This document shows, piece by piece, positions 27,568 to 39,540 of a DNA stretch of 64,000 nucleotides (the stretch's first letter is position 1; every line of letters starts with the position of its first letter). The translations under genes and the position numbers were made by a program. The notes beneath the pieces were generated by a model. It saw nothing but the letters and a program-made list of their open reading frames with translations. It was not told the origin of the DNA and searched no databases. This stretch comes from Eledone cirrhosa. Taxonomy: Eukaryota. Location of the stretch: NCBI GenBank assembly GCA_964016885.1, contig OZ024742.1, forward strand, positions 138,446,001 to 138,510,000. Reading direction: 5' to 3'.

Positions 27568-28061
27568 GTGAGGAAATTTAGGTATATTATATCTTATTAA
27601 TTATATCTAATGTTTCTTCTTTCTTTATAATGTATTATATAGCTCTGATATTGAATCAATCTAATCCATTCTGATTATTTTGTCCCGATTATTCATAGAG
27701 CAACAACGGTTAAGGTTGGCACCACACAAATTCAGGGATATATGTGGGTATATTCATGTATATGTATGTATCCGCATGTGTCTGTGTATTTCTTTATATT
27801 GTTTATAACTCCCTACGGTAGAGTAACCACTGAAGTGTAGTGACTGCTGTGTAACTTACATTACTCAAACTTCTCACCCTCCTAGCCATCTCTTCTACGG
27901 CCTTGACATAAATACCTCCTCCGCCTTTTGTGGTATTTTTCTCTTGGTTGTAAGAGGCTTAGTGCTATTTCTTGACCGCTGTATCACGTGATGGACTCCC
28001 CCTCCGCTTTTCAGGATTCTATCTCGCGTCCTACGGACGTCTTTTGAAACTCTAAATGAGG

Positions 28062-28158
28062 TATCCTCCTGATAAGTCGGCAAACCTCACAAAAATATTG
28101 CATCTCTGTGATGTAGTGTTTTTGCATAATAAGCCATGAAACTACGTAGTCGAGGATA
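28062..28158 (+). ncRNA. Type-I hammerhead, C3/A8 mismatch copy
   Basis: TATCCTC-CTGATAA-gtcggc..gccat-GAAAC-TACGTA-GTC-GAGGATA; 15-bp internal hairpin. Confidence 0.75.
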
Positions 28159-29187
28159 ATCAGGAAATTTAGGTATGGTATATCTTATTAATTATATCTA
28201 ATGTTTCTTCTTTCTTTATAATGCGATCTTGAATTACTGTATATACTTAGGAATGAAAAGGGGCTACTCAACAACAAGATAGAGATAGAAAGATCAATTT
28301 TCTGCAGACACAGGATCGCCACTAAATTCACAAGATTGAAGCCACCGTGATTCGAACCAACATAACTTATCATTCAACATATTAAATCCACACTATTACA
28401 CAGACCACCACAGAACTATAATATTCATTAAGCAGATTCTAGCCTCCTTAATACCACAGTAATGTCTGCAAATATCTTATCAACCCATAAATATATCTCT
28501 TCTCAGCTGCTGTCAACACAACTTCCTCACCCTTGATTCTCAACAGATGAACCTATATCCAAGTACATTTTCAGAATACAATCACAGTAAAACATCACCT
28601 TCCCCCTGTTGTTATAATTGTAGTCAGCACGTTTTCTCTCTCTCTCTATATATATATATTGCCTCCTTAACCTCTGTATTAACTTACCTATTATATAGCT
28701 ACTTTGTTAATGTTATCTTATACATGTATGTTATTGATGATGTGAAAGCTAAATAACCCCATGATTCGAACTAACAATCCCTTCATCTAATATAGACCAC
28801 TTAAATATTGAATCCACTTCACAACTCAAAAATTACTATCCTCACTACAATGAAAAATATTGTGTCTGTCAGATAATATTTAATTCTTACGGTCACCAAA
28901 CCTACGGTAAAGGAAATGGTACATTGTTTAAAGCCCCGGCTTATCTCTACACTATATATAATACACCCCCATGACAGCTTTTACATGTCAATTTCATACA
29001 TCTGCCTCATATCAGCTTGTTTTACATGCTAAAGTCATAAGTATACTCTATGTCTTACTTAGATTGATGTTGTGATTATTTCAACTAATTTATTGCTAGC
29101 ATTGTAAGTATTGTTGTTATTGTTCTGATTGAATGCCACTACTATATATATAGAAGCCATGCCTCTGTGTTCCCTTCATTCTCGCTA

Positions 29188-29293
29188 GCTCTGATGAATT
29201 GACTGGTTATAACTATGTATTGGTGATCGATTGACGCAGAAACAGGCGGGTAGCGATCTCTAGACCTACAAGTTCAGAGAAACAATTGTCAGC
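29188..29293 (+). ncRNA. Type-I hammerhead with ~80-nt stem II region
   Basis: GCT-CTGATGA-...-GAAAC-AATT-GTC-AGC; same stem I/III as the 834 motif. Confidence 0.7.
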
Positions 29294-29518
29294 AATGTGA
29301 TTAAAGCCCTTATTGTATAGCAAACCGTGTCACTCTTCTTTCCTCATTTATCATTACTCCAGGTGTAAACAACATAGAATTCACCGCGTACTCGCAACAT
29401 CACTATGGAAACGCCTTGTTGAGTCAAACTTAGCCAAGCGTTGATACCATCCACTACTTGGAGTACCATAACTGGACTACACCTAAGTGGACTCCCTATA
29501 ACAATAATTTGTTATCCC

Positions 29519-29520
<2 letters not shown>
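29290..29520 (+). repeat. PLE-like terminal tail; related inverted copy at ~33582-33785
   Basis: Both follow GAAACAATTG, share ATTACTCCA..ACTCGC..TAACTGGA and end TTGTTATCCC + (TA)n. Confidence 0.6.
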
Positions 29521-29556
<36 letters not shown>

Positions 29557-29796
29557 GAAATAAAAGGAAAGCACAAACAAGGGACAGGTCCCCTCTTCAG
29601 TTGTTTGTTGGAGGTCTCGGATATTTCAACGCATTAAAGACAATATGTCTCTCCCCAGTTGGTCAATAAATTTCGTAAGTTATTGGGGAAGGAAAAAAGG
29701 AGAGAGAAAAAATTAAACAGACGGGAAAAAAAGAGATTAAAACGCAGACCGTTAAAAGGAGGGAACTCAAGTAGAAGCACGTGTGTGTAGGTAACC

Positions 29797-29837
<41 letters not shown>

Positions 29838-30951
29838 CAAACCGGCAGCTAAACAAAAGCCCTATGCCTTATTGACAGCAAGATAGGGAGAGCGAAGAAG
29901 GACAGGTCTAACTTCAGCGGGAATAGACGAAAAGAGGCAGATACGAGAGAAAACGGAAGTAGTAAGGAAGCAGAGAGAAAGAGAGTATAAGTAAGTGGGA
30001 GAGGGGTAGAGAAGGAGAGAGAGAGTGAGAGAGAGAGAAAGGTAGAGAAAGAAAAGGAGTCAGATGGAGAGAAAGAACAGGTCACACCCAAAAAATTATA
30101 AAAATTTAGAAGGAACAAGAGACTATGTGGTTATTTGATAAAGTGTATATCAAACACATATCTTAAAAGCCCAAGGGCCTATATGACGGGAAAACGTACA
30201 TACTGACACCTTAACTCAAATACCCAACCCTACACAGAGCCCCTTGGTGGCCTACATGGTGGTTGCTTGCACGTACAGATTTGGGGACTCAGATTCTCAA
30301 TGGGACAACGGCACATACAGCTAACTACTTGCTCTTCACATGGATGTGTATATACCAAAACATACACTTTTTTAGACGATACGGATGTGTATATACCAAA
30401 ACATACACTATTTACAATTCAATCGATACACGTATAGCAGAACATTGAACTGAATTTACTTGCGTGTGTATAGGGTTGCGGTTGACCCAATTTCTCCAAT
30501 TTACATCGTCAAATTGAGATTTGACCAATATAACATTTGTTGTTTTGTAAACTAACTTTCGGTGAATACTATGTTGGTATATATATATTTTTTTTCTTCG
30601 ACCTCTCGTCGGTGTGTGTGAGTGTGTGTGTACTCACTCACACTAACTGTGACCGACTGTAATTCTAAAGATTTGATGTTGAGATTAAAGCCGTCCAGCG
30701 TCTTTTACAGCTATTGAGAGATAGAGACTTGATAGTTTTATGACCCTAAGGACAAAACTCTAGTGAGTGAACATCGTTAAATTTTCTCCCTCATAAAAAC
30801 GATTTGAAGACAATTCATTTTCACCTGAAGCTGGTCCCATATATGGAATTGGAGATATACAAAAGCGTGGAGAACTTAATTTTGCTAACAAAGGTTTATT
30901 GGACCGTATGACACAACCAATAATACACCTTACTATATAACAACTATATAT

Positions 30952-31128
30952 AGGAGCTGATTATACAGAACAATTGCTGGTCCAGCAAAAATGAGGTATT
31001 AGGATTGGTGCTTTGAGATAGCGATGTATACATGAAGCTGACAGTCTGTTTCACGTATGGTCTTCCAAATGTTTTTAATTAAACATACTTATATTGCCAA
31101 ATATACTATACACACACACACATATATG

Positions 31129-31162
<34 letters not shown>

Positions 31163-31343
31163 TATTTGTGTGTGTGTGTGAGTGTATAGTATATTTGGCA
31201 ATATAAGTATGTTTAATTAAAAACATTTGGAAGACCATACGTGAAACAGACTGTCAGCTTCATGTATACATCGCTATCTCAAAGCACCAATCCTAATACC
31301 TCATTTTTGCTGGACCAGCAATTGTTCTGTATAATCAGCTCCT
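30952..31343. repeat. ~160-bp inverted repeat arms around a (CA)/(TA)/(TG) microsatellite
   Basis: AGGAGCTGATT...TATACTATAC mirrored by GTATAGTATA...AATCAGCTCCT. Confidence 0.95.
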
Positions 31344-31409
31344 GATTATTACTGGAATTCTATAAGAATCCAGCTTCTATAATTTTCGGCGGAAGCTGGG
31401 GGTGTGCGT

Positions 31410-31451
31410 GGCTCTGATGAACGCCAACCAGCGTGAAACAGACTGTCAACT
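31410..31451 (+). ncRNA. Type-I minimal hammerhead
   Basis: GGCT-CTGATGA-ACGC caacca GCGT-GAAAC-AGACT-GTC-AACT; the half-copy at ~31240 reads GTC-AGCT, which would restore stem I. Confidence 0.78.
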
Positions 31452-31586
31452 TATCTCCCTTCGTTCGCCGAAAAGAAGTAAGTGACATAGTCACTTCCTT
31501 AAAACTGATAGCGTATGGTCTTTTAAATTTTTTAAATTAAGCATATTTCAGAGCACCAATCCTAATACCTATACATATATATATAT

Positions 31587-31674
<88 letters not shown>

Positions 31675-32469
31675 CTATATGGGTGCATCTCTGTGTGCGT
31701 GTCTGTGTGTGTGAGTGAATATGTGTTAGTACAAAGCCCGATGAAAGAGAAATAAATACGAAAATTAAGAGAAGAAATGAAGAAACGGAAAACTTGAGTA
31801 CATCCTTGTATTCACTTAGATAGTGTAAGCCAATTTTAGAAGTAAGATTTGAGATATTAGCGGATATCTTAATTCGTGCCATTTATCACTGTCGGATGGC
31901 GACACTTTGAAACCTTTAGCATTTAGATGAAAAGAAAATCTCATCCATCCTCTCTTTATACGTAGATCTAGTTAGCATCTTCCTTCAACAAAAATCTGGC
32001 AATTTTCCACAGCACAATGCCAAAACTCTGTCTATTTAAATGAAGATGCTACCAGAAACGCATTCTTTTTCGCGTGTTGTCTATATAATCCTGCTCCAAA
32101 ATATCGGCTGCAAATATTCAAAATGATTCCCCAATATGCGTATGAATGTTTAATTGCAAGCAAAAAAAAATGATAGCGTGTGAGTTCGTCTGCATGTTTG
32201 TGTATGAAACTGGTTGTTAGTTATTAATTTTAGTTGGGTAAAGTTGAACATACAGTGAACATTCGAAGAATAATATCATTTCGATAAACAATGAAGTTAC
32301 CAAAAGTGTAGAACTGATTATAAAACCGTAGACACTGATGGATGTAAGGAATTTTCTGAAGAATACCGCTGACTTTCTTAAGAAATAGCCAAGAATAATC
32401 CCAACAGAAATGAAACGTAGTACATACATACATATATACATACATACTTGTACACATACACGCACACAC

Positions 32470-32539
<70 letters not shown>

Positions 32540-32748
32540 TTCTATATATATAAAATTGGCTGTAGCATAAAGATAGCGTTTATGCATAATAGATGTGCAT
32601 ATGAAAACATATATAAATATGTATTATGCAAAAAATATATGAGTAGCCTCACTATCGATGAAAAATGATTTTTCCTAACGAAGAAATTTTATTTTTCCCT
32701 ATTTTCTTCTGTGAATATTTTACAGAGTCGCCAATACATTTTGAGAAG

Positions 32749-32793
32749 GCAAGACAGCGTTGTTTCAGGATTTGTTAATCTGTCATCAGTGAC
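32749..32793 (-). ncRNA. Type-I minimal hammerhead (diverged stems)
   Basis: GTCA-CTGATGA-caGATTaacaAATCct-GAAAC-AACGCT-GTC-TTGC. Confidence 0.62.
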
Positions 32794-33458
32794 ACACACT
32801 CAACCCGTCTTTCGAAGTAATATCGTCTTTCGAAGTAATATCGTCTTTTGCTAGACGATATTACTCGGAACGGCTGGCACGTGGCCAAGGAGGGCTGGCC
32901 GAGGGTCTGCAGTCGTCGCTGGTTATTGACCGCTAAGCAAGGGCTTAATCTTTACTATATATCCTACCCTGAACATTTATCGTGACTATCTATAATACAC
33001 TTAAACTTTTTCATAAAAACCTCCTTCTGTAAATTCTTTAACTAAATCTCACAACCCAAACCTTAAACCTTATTTTTCTAATTTCATCTTCTAACTCTAA
33101 ACATAAGTTTAACGTTTCTAATTGTTAATCGAATTTTCTGTCCACACATTATACCATACAGACGCCCACTTTATATGTCTTTGTTGAAGATATATGTTCT
33201 TTGGAAAAAACATTTTTCGTGGCAATTTCTAGCACGCATGATCAGCCTGATTGAGGCATGACCTCAACGCAGACATTTCTCTTTGACGGGAAGGTAGTAG
33301 CACATTATAAGCTTGCGCCCCCTCACCAGATGGTCATAAGTAGACTTAATAATCAACACTTGAGGGCGGCCGACAGAGGTAGAAGCTGCTAAATAGTCGG
33401 GCGTCCTCTTGTCTCTGACTTTCAGCCCCATGGATCTTATTCCTTTGTTGTATTTTGA

Positions 33459-33516
33459 ATATCAGATGATGTCACCGGATTCATACTGAACCCGGTCATT
33501 GAAATGATCATAGTAT
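33459..33516 (+). ncRNA. Hammerhead-like motif with U4A change
   Basis: ATAT-CAGATGA-..ACCGG.TTCAtacTGAA.CCGGT..-GAAAT-GATC-ATA-GTAT then AATAAA; palindromic ATGATCAT. Confidence 0.6.
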
Positions 33517-33888
33517 AATAAACCTTTCAAGGATTTACACCAGTCCAGCCTCCTGCTATGTTATAATATATATATATATATGGGATAACAAGTTATCGTT
33601 TAAGGTAATCCAGTTAGAGGTTGTGAGGAGTACTCTATACTATGGATAGTTTTAACGTAGGTAGCGAGTTTGCGAGAATTCCCATGTAGGTTATTCTTGG
33701 AGTAATAATAGTGAAAAAGTGAAGAATAACATGGTCGGCTGTACAAAAAGGATTTTATTTACAGCATTACCAATTGTTTCATTGATCAGGTGAGTCTAAA
33801 GGCCGCTGATAACTCGGAATTGCGTCACTCAACCTTAATACATTGTGTCTGTTCAAATAATCGGAATATTCACTCTTTCTCTCTCTCA

Positions 33889-34002
<114 letters not shown>

Positions 34003-34618
34003 TGTGTGTGAGAGAATAGAAATGGCTGTGTAGTAACTTAAAATGCAGTGCGAATACGAAGAAAGCAAGAAAGTGGGGGGGTCCTCATCAGTTGTCTACT
34101 GGGGGTCTCGGATATTTCTACGCTTTAAAGACAAGATATCTACCGCCCATGGCGTTCAATAACTGGGTAAGTTATTGGGAAAACGGAAGAAGGAGGGAAG
34201 GAAAGCAATAGGGAAGAAAAGAGAAAACAGTAACAAAACAGCGAAAAAAACAAACAAACCGAGCAATGTGCGAGCAAATATAGGTAGGAAATCCAAGACC
34301 ACACGATAAGAGAACTTAAGTTCAAGACTGACTGGTCGAGAGGAAAGAGACACACGTCTGATCGTCGCAGTTGTAAGTGAGAAGAGAACTACTAAACGGT
34401 CAAGCGAGGGGGTGAAAGAGAGAGGAAAAAAGTGGGGTATGTGTAGATAGGGAGAAAGGGAGGGTACGAAAGAGGGGTGAGAGTAGAAAGTGGCGAAATA
34501 GGTAGGTAGAAGGGGAGAGAAGAATGGTAACAGTGAAAAACTTGATGAAATATATGGAGAACAGAAATGGATGTGTAGTTGCTATTTAAGGTAACTTAAA
34601 ATGCAGTGTGAGTGTGTC

Positions 34619-34653
<35 letters not shown>

Positions 34654-35372
34654 GGGGGGGGGGGGTAATTGTGTGCGCGTGTGCAGGTCCTAATACTTGC
34701 ATATGTTTTAATTTCTTGCTTTAGTGACCCTTCGGAAAAATAAAAGTCACAGAAGAGAATATAAGCCACGTCATGCTTTATGAGTTCAACAAAGATAGCA
34801 GTGCTACGAATACTGTAAACAAAGGTGCAGAAATATGTGGTGAAGGTGTTGTGAATATTCGTAAGGGCCAATGCTGCGTTGATATGTAGTCTTCCTTATA
34901 GACTCAACTTCAAAATATAGTATTCCTAATCATCAACTAGTTGTAATATATGAGATTAAGCAATGTTTGCATACAGATTGAACTGAATGGCGAAAACCTT
35001 ATTACACTTTGCTTATACATACATCATATCGGCATGTACATATTTACTGTGAATGATTTATAAAGATTTTGAATATTACGTTGCCTTGGTAAATGAATAC
35101 TGGTTTATAATAGATGTGTTTTCTGTCACGATTTGAAAATAATGCATGTAACATCTAACGTATCTAAAGTAACTAACAGGGAATGATATACTGCAATTGG
35201 TTCGAGTGTAGTTTATACATAAATCTATTATGAATTTATCAGTTTATCTGATTTTCCTCTCGTCTTGCCTCAATTCATTCGTTCAATTTTTATTTATTTC
35301 TGTTCTCATTTTTACGGACAGATGCTCTTTCTCCAGTGCAGAGATATATTAGTTAGTTTATATATTTGGGAA

Positions 35373-35670
35373 GGTGCATGGTTTAGTGGTTAGAGCGTTG
35401 TGCTTACAATCGCGAGGTTGTCAGTTCGAGTCACAGACAAGATACTTTATTTCACGTTGCTCTAGTTTAGGCAGCTGTAAAAATAAATTGCGACGTCACT
35501 GGGGCCAAGCTGCATCGGCCTTTGATTTTACCTTGGACAATAAATTTGGTTGAAGAGGAGCGACTAGTATGCATGGGTAACTGCTGGTCTTCCACAAAAA
35601 AAACATTGCTGAAATGTTGTGCTCCTGAGAGGAACTTTCTAGGTGCAAAGCCCATACGAACTACCTTCGG
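35373..35670 (+). mobile_element. tRNA-derived SINE family B (Octopus OR-like)
   Basis: TGGTTTAGTGGTTAGAGC A box, GTTCGAGTC B box, TTTATTTCACGTTGCT core. Confidence 0.75.
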
Positions 35671-36529
35671 GTATTTATAATATGTGCAAATCTTATTTTC
35701 CCTCCAAATATTCAAACACAAAACCCTCCTAAATGTAAATGTGATGAACTTTATATAAGCTGAAAACATTCTAGATGAATCCAAACTAAATTAATAATAT
35801 TTATCTATACTATGCTATCAAAAATAATTATACGATCGTTGGTTTTTTCGTTAAAAATGATTCATAATTCATTTCCGTTTACGGTTTATAGAGATTTTGA
35901 TCAAGTTAATATTATTTTTAATAGTGGCATATTGTTTTCCTAGTATACTATAGTTTGATTAATTATTCCTGACACTGAATCAGGTTAATCTTTAGAGATA
36001 TGTAAGCTATCTATATGTCTAATTACTTTTTGACTGTAATATGCTTTACAACAACTGCAATAGAGATTATATTCAGTGATTCATAAACATTTACAAAACT
36101 TAGATTTGGAAGGAGGTAGAGTAAGCATATGTTTAATCATTTAGTTATGAACATGCACAACTCTAACACAAAAGTAACACTAAATCTTTCGACATGTGTC
36201 ATGTATTAATTTATCAACAGATTTTCTGTTTATTTATTTATTTATTTATTTATTTATTTGTCTACGTTTTGCCTTCTTGCAATCATTTTTTTGTTTTTCC
36301 ACATGTGAGCAATAACTGTACATTTACAGTTGCCTATTAACCTAGCTATATATTTTAGGTCATTTGATAAGCTAACGTTATTCTGACGTATACCAGATTC
36401 CACCAATATATAGGGTATGTTCAGATATACCATGTACATGAAGTAGTTAAGAACTACTCATATAAGTGATGTTCTGGAAAGAGCTCAATGGAAGTAAGAT
36501 TTGAAAGACACTCATTGTATATATATATA

Positions 36530-36586
<57 letters not shown>

Positions 36587-36605
36587 TGTGGGGGTGCGCG
36601 CGCGT

Positions 36606-36663
<58 letters not shown>

Positions 36664-36719
36664 ATATATGTATATTGTTATATTTGGGGATGGTCATGTT
36701 GCCAATATCGCCAATAGAA

Positions 36720-37720
36720 AGAAACACAAGCACCATATCATTTTCTCTTTATCTTTATTGTTCGTTATTAATTTGTTTATCAAAGTTCTTTTGTGACCTC
36801 CTCAATGAGTATCTGTTTTGTGCCTCCTCTTTTTCATGGTTTTAAACTTCTACTCCATCATGTCTTTGTTAATTTTGTGATGTGTTTTTTTTATGTTTCG
36901 AGTCTGTGGATGCGTTTTCGCCTGCGTCTGTGTCTGTGTGTGTGTGTGTGTATGTTTTTGTTTTTGTCATGTCTATGTGTGTATGGGTTTGTAAAGTTTG
37001 CTGTTTTGCTGTTACTATTCCACTCGTATTTTCTGTTCAGGCTAGGACTATCTTCGTGGCCTCCGTAATTTGTCTAAGGATATTTATTTGTATGTAAATA
37101 ATCAAGCCCTCGTGTTTTAGATTTGCATAATGGTTTAGCACTGATGAGCTTTTCTCCTTAAGTTCTCGCCAGTGTTCCGTTAATCTATCTCCTATATTAC
37201 GAGCTGTCTCTCCTATGTATGTCCTAGTCTTGTTTCTGCATTGTGCCTTTGTTCTATAGACTACACTTCTAGTTTTATTGTTTATCTGTAGGCTTCCCTT
37301 AAACACTATATAGTTTCTATCTGTACAGGCGTTTTTCCTAAAGAGGTATGTCCTTCTAATCCAGAATGTTATGGTAGCTCCTGGTTTTTCTACTACTTTA
37401 ATCCCAATGTTCATTTTTTCATCTAAGCTTTTCTAAAACGGTATGCTAGTTCGCCTCTAGGGGTAGCATCGACGAACATGACACTAGTATTTTTGGCTGT
37501 CATACTATGAGTTGGCCTTCCCTATCTTTTTCTTAGTCCTTTCTATAGCACTCCATGATTTGGTATCGTGTACTGGGCAAATTCCATTCATATCATTGTC
37601 CATAATCATTTTGAATTAACGATTGCTCATTTGTACATCATGATCCTTCTCTTTGAAGGTAACCAGATAACTGCATTCGGTGGATAAAGTGTTTTATGTG
37701 TCTCTTTAACTCTGTCGGAT
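36720..37720 (-). pseudogene. Penelope-like GIY-YIG/linker relic
   Basis: SVVYR...TYIGETARNIGDRLTEH. Confidence 0.8.
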
Positions 37721-37749
37721 CGTACATGCGGGACACATTTCCAGAATTC

Positions 37750-38390
37750 TCCACTGCTACAGGCTCTATCACAAACCTATCAGGGAGCGGTAGATACTTG
37801 CACAGTTTGCCCTCATTGGTCTGGCAGGCAGCAGAGCCTTAGATGTTAGCTGAACCTACCAAGTTGCCACTAGAGAAAAATATCACAGGATGTAGGATCC
37901 CAGATGAGAAACCTACCTCTGCGGAATGGGAAGATTGTTATGCCGTCTGGCCCAACAGCCCGTCGGATGCAGACGTCGAGAGGCTTGGTTGTAGACGAGG
38001 GTACTGCGGACGTTATATTAAAGCTTCGGCATGGCGAAACAGTTCCCAGGTAGAAAGAGTGTCGGATGGGCGTCGATCAGGCTTAGTCTACTCATCAGAG
38101 TTTCTTGCAGGCGTAGTCTGAATCTGAGAGTAGAGTGACTGGCAGGATCGCTGAACCAACAATAAGATTGTCTTCATTAGGGGTCACTTGCACCTGATGG
38201 CATGATGATTGCACGTCTGAGACGGTGGATGCGAAGTCCTCTACGTCGTAATTGACGTTCACGACTTCCGATTTGTAAGAGTTGATCTCGAGACCATTCC
38301 TCGCTAGAGCGGGAACCAATGATCGGATGGAGATTCTGACAGACGCTCTCTGCCGGCCTACCTATCGTCGCATCGTCCAAGTTACACTGT
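37750..38390 (-). pseudogene. CRE-clade LINE RT fragment
   Basis: LDDATIGRP..., GLEIN..KSEVVN; homologous to the 60340-61450 fragment. Confidence 0.75.
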
Positions 38391-38988
38391 GTCCAACTCG
38401 CTACTCGTTCGTTTCACCAGCTTCTAATAATGCTGATCCATTATTTTCGACAATAAAAGGACTGGTCACTTTTGTTTTTTTAATTCAGAGGAAGAAGGTA
38501 AATAAACCCCTCTTTGCCGCAGGCGTTTTAGCCCGTTCCACAGTGATTACAGCAAAGATACTTCTTCAGGGGATAGAACACAACCATATGTAATCGATTG
38601 ATACAAATCCTTCTGATAGTTATCGACAAAAATATAACAAAATTTAAAACCTCGCCAACGGCGAAAAAAGCATGATGTGGTATATATATTAAGGTTAAAA
38701 GGGTAACTATGGTTAATGGTATTTATTGATGTTTTCGAAGTTTTTGAAATGTAAAACACATTTAAAGTACAAAGATAACATTTTTAATTATCTAAACCAA
38801 CCCAGGTATTTCATATCTAATTAGATTACTAACCTGTAAATGACGAAACGCAACGATCATATCTGTGGCGTTTAAATTAGTTCGTAAATGAATGTAACTC
38901 AAAATATTTTCCACAATGTTTCAATTCATTTCTCATCTTCCAAATGATGCAATAATTTCATACGGACTGTCAAAAGCAAAGGTTCTGA

Positions 38989-39410
38989 AAACTACGGTAA
39001 TATAATTGTTTCTACTTTTGGCACAAGGCCAGCAATTACCCACTGCATTACTGGTACTTTATTTTATCGACGCCGTAAGGATGAAAGGCAAAGTCAACCT
39101 CGGCGAGATTTGAACTCAGATCGTAAAGGGACGTAACTATGCTGGAAAGCATGGCGTCCGAGCCTCTACCGATACTGCCAATCCATCGCCAAACTACGGT
39201 AATATAATTATTTCTACTTTAGGCACAAGGCCAGCAATTACCCAGTACATTACTGGTACTTTATTTTATCGACGCCGTAAGGATGAAAGGCAAAGTCAAC
39301 CTCGGCCTGATTTGAAGTCAGATCGTAAAGGGACGTAACTCTGCTGGAAAGCATGGCGTCCGAGCCTCTACCGATACTGCCAATCCATCGCCAAACTACG
39401 GTAATATAAT
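38989..39410 (-). mobile_element. SINE A dimer bounded by three copies of an 18-bp TSD
   Basis: AAACTACGGTAATATAAT at 38989, 39191, 39393 (period 202). Confidence 0.93.
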
Positions 39411-39540
39411 GGACACATAGCAGTTAGAATTTGTATGAACGTTGCGGCTTACAAACTCCCCTTCAAATCATTATGGTTTATAAGCATGTAAATGTGCAAG
39501 TTTTGTATGCATTTCATTATCAGAGAATTGACGATTATGG

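Larger units (their letters stand above)
27437..28223 (+). repeat. Direct repeat pair (~195 bp; 27437-27631 and 28027-28223), each with a hammerhead motif
   Basis: CGTCCTACGGACG...TTTCTTTATAATG present twice at high identity. Confidence 0.93.

Noticed and set aside
34075-34150. Hammerhead in the GA-rich repeat family (CTGATGA and GAAATATC on - strand; also ~18560, ~29595)
   Set aside because: Core halves are in an order or context where stems I and II could not be closed consistently; needs a family consensus
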